A DNA stretch of 63,760 bases, filler included, from Reticulomyxa filosa (Eukaryota; Protista; Foraminifera): the NCBI GenBank assembly GCA_000512085.1. It is 19 parts of 19 records of this genome, joined end to end, with 100 filler letters (N's around TTAATTAATTAA, not from the genome) between each part and the next. Parts side by side here need not be neighbours in the genome. Positions count along the whole stretch, not along the records: positions 61,777 to 63,760 come from ASPP01027048.1; 18 more parts are not named here. One strand, 5' to 3'. The first letter of the stretch is position 1. Every line of letters begins with the position of its first letter. The translations under genes and the position numbers were made by a program. Of the stretch, positions 62,054 through 63,760 are shown in pieces. The notes beneath the pieces are model-generated. The model was not told the origin of the DNA and searched no databases. It worked only from the letters and a program-made list of their open reading frames with translations.

Positions 62054-63760
62054 CTACTAGTTGAGTTAAAGTTTATAAGAGCTTTCATTTTGCAACTGCT
62101 TTTGTTTTTTGCTTGGATCGTTTTCAATAATGTAAAATATAAAATTTGAACTTTTTTTTTAAATGAATATGCAAATATTTTATTATAAAATTGAATTATG
62201 TGTTCAAACAGAAAAAAAAATTTATCAAGATCCAATGAATTAATTACCTTCAATGAAACAAACAAACCAATACAAAGAATAAAAACTAGAAAGAAAACAA
62301 AGATTTGTTGAAATTAAAGTAACTTCAGTTCTTTTTGGTCAACAATGCTTTGACAGAAATTGGATGTTGCGATTAAACACTCCAGAACAAATTAGTTATT
62401 TTATTAGTTTGATTTGCAATCAAGTTGCTTTTTTTTTTTTTAAATGACAAAAATTCTCTTTACTTTCTTTTCAATGATGTAAATTTAAAATATTTTATTC
62501 CATTGTTTCCTTTGACAGATGCTGAATAATCAATATATTCACACAATTATTATGTCCATGTATTGATTAATTTGGATGAAAGATACATATTAAAAGATAG
62601 AAGACTCATAAGATTATTTTTTTTGTTTGTGTTAAAGATTTAATTTTTGAATTATTGTTGATAATATTGAGTCATTCGATTATCTTTATTATCTCATGGA
62701 TTGTAATAATTGAGTTACTAAATCAAAATGTAATATCATTGTTGAAATGTGATGATCACTAAAATGTGATTGAAGCATATATGATCGCAATCAATTAAAT
62801 TTAAATTGCATTCATTGAGTAAATGATTATTTTAAGTTTTCTTTAAAATCACATTTAATGCCACGCGATTGAGTTGGACAAGAGCTGTTATTGTTTTTAA
62901 GAAATAATTTTAGACAATGTTCTTCAGTCTTTACTTCATCTTTTGCGCTTTCTTCTTTTGCTTGCTTCATTTTTTTTTGTTTTATTAATAATAGGCAATC
63001 GAAACTTCAAACAAAAATTTTTGGAGAAGTTCTGTCAAAAAAACTCTTTTTTTAGTTTACAAAAATGGAGAGTTGTAGTTCTCTTTATGAAGATTTTCTA
63101 TTTAAAAACAATGCAAGTTCACAAAAATCAATTACAATTATTCCTTGTTCTTTTTCACATGTTTGCATTTGTAAGAGGAGTTGGAAAACTTTACTGGACT
63201 ATTCATAAACATAAAATCGTCAAGTCCCTTTTTATCATCTGCCCTGCTTGATGTACTTTTTTCTTCTAAGAATGGTCAAAACAGATATTAAAAAAAATCC
63301 TACTGACGTCTGAATAGTAAAACTTGTGCAACTCAATTGTTTATTCTTTGTGTGAATTACTCTGTTGACAATAGTTGCTTATTCTTGCAGTTTTGTTAAA
63401 AATAATTAAAAAGAAAAATTAAGTTATTCATTTTTAAATATTCTCTTTGAAGACCATCTGAACCTCCATATTCGAAAAACAAACAAATGATCACTTGAAA
63501 GAACAAGCAACAGATTTGAACTAACTATTCAAATTTTTGTTTTAACAAATTTATTTTTAAGAAAATGGAAATAACAAGGAATTTAAAATAGACATTTACA
63601 AATTACACTTGTATTCGTTTTGTTATTTATGTTAACAAATGTGATTTACAAATAAATGTTTGATTTTTGTCTTTATTGTTATTCACAAGGTTTCCAAAAA
63701 ACAAAAACGAAAGGAATTAAATTTTTGCTGTACAATAATGTTAACCACTTTATAAAAATA

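Noticed and set aside
1-63760. tRNA, rRNA or CRISPR arrays
   Set aside because: None recognised by eye. tRNAscan-SE and Infernal were not run.

Overview
This window is not one continuous locus. It holds 19 short contigs joined by an identical artificial 100-nt spacer (N44-TTAATTAATTAA-N44), so only neighbours within a contig are physically linked. Most contigs are AT-rich eukaryotic DNA with GT-AG introns and microsatellites. The gene families (WD40, Kelch-like, NACHT, SecA-like, PPR, ankyrin/SAM) resemble, from recall and not from a search, those expanded in a rhizarian/foraminiferan genome such as Reticulomyxa. One contig (20411-22175) is GC-rich bacterial DNA carrying livH/livM. The most notable region is the 20.8-kb contig 22276-43101. 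It carries an RNF213/mysterin-like giant AAA+ gene with damaged Walker motifs and no visible C-terminal E3 module. Immediately downstream on the same strand is an apparently intronless 7.6-kb coding unit split into five ORFs by four single-base frame breaks with a net shift of zero. Rejoined, this unit encodes an ~2530-aa protein: ankyrin, GlnD/GlnE/DUF294-type nucleotidyltransferase, PI3/4K/HipA-like atypical kinase, LRR, ~12 HEAT repeats and a hydrophobic C-terminal domain. It is a candidate innate-immunity or conflict system, possibly of bacterial-effector origin. Also present are RPS15, a FYVE-RBR E3 ligase, a JMJD8-like protein, a TDP2-like protein, a 2OG-Fe(II) oxygenase, a CAMK kinase, two decayed non-LTR retrotransposons and a dispersed Tc1/mariner-like terminal repeat.
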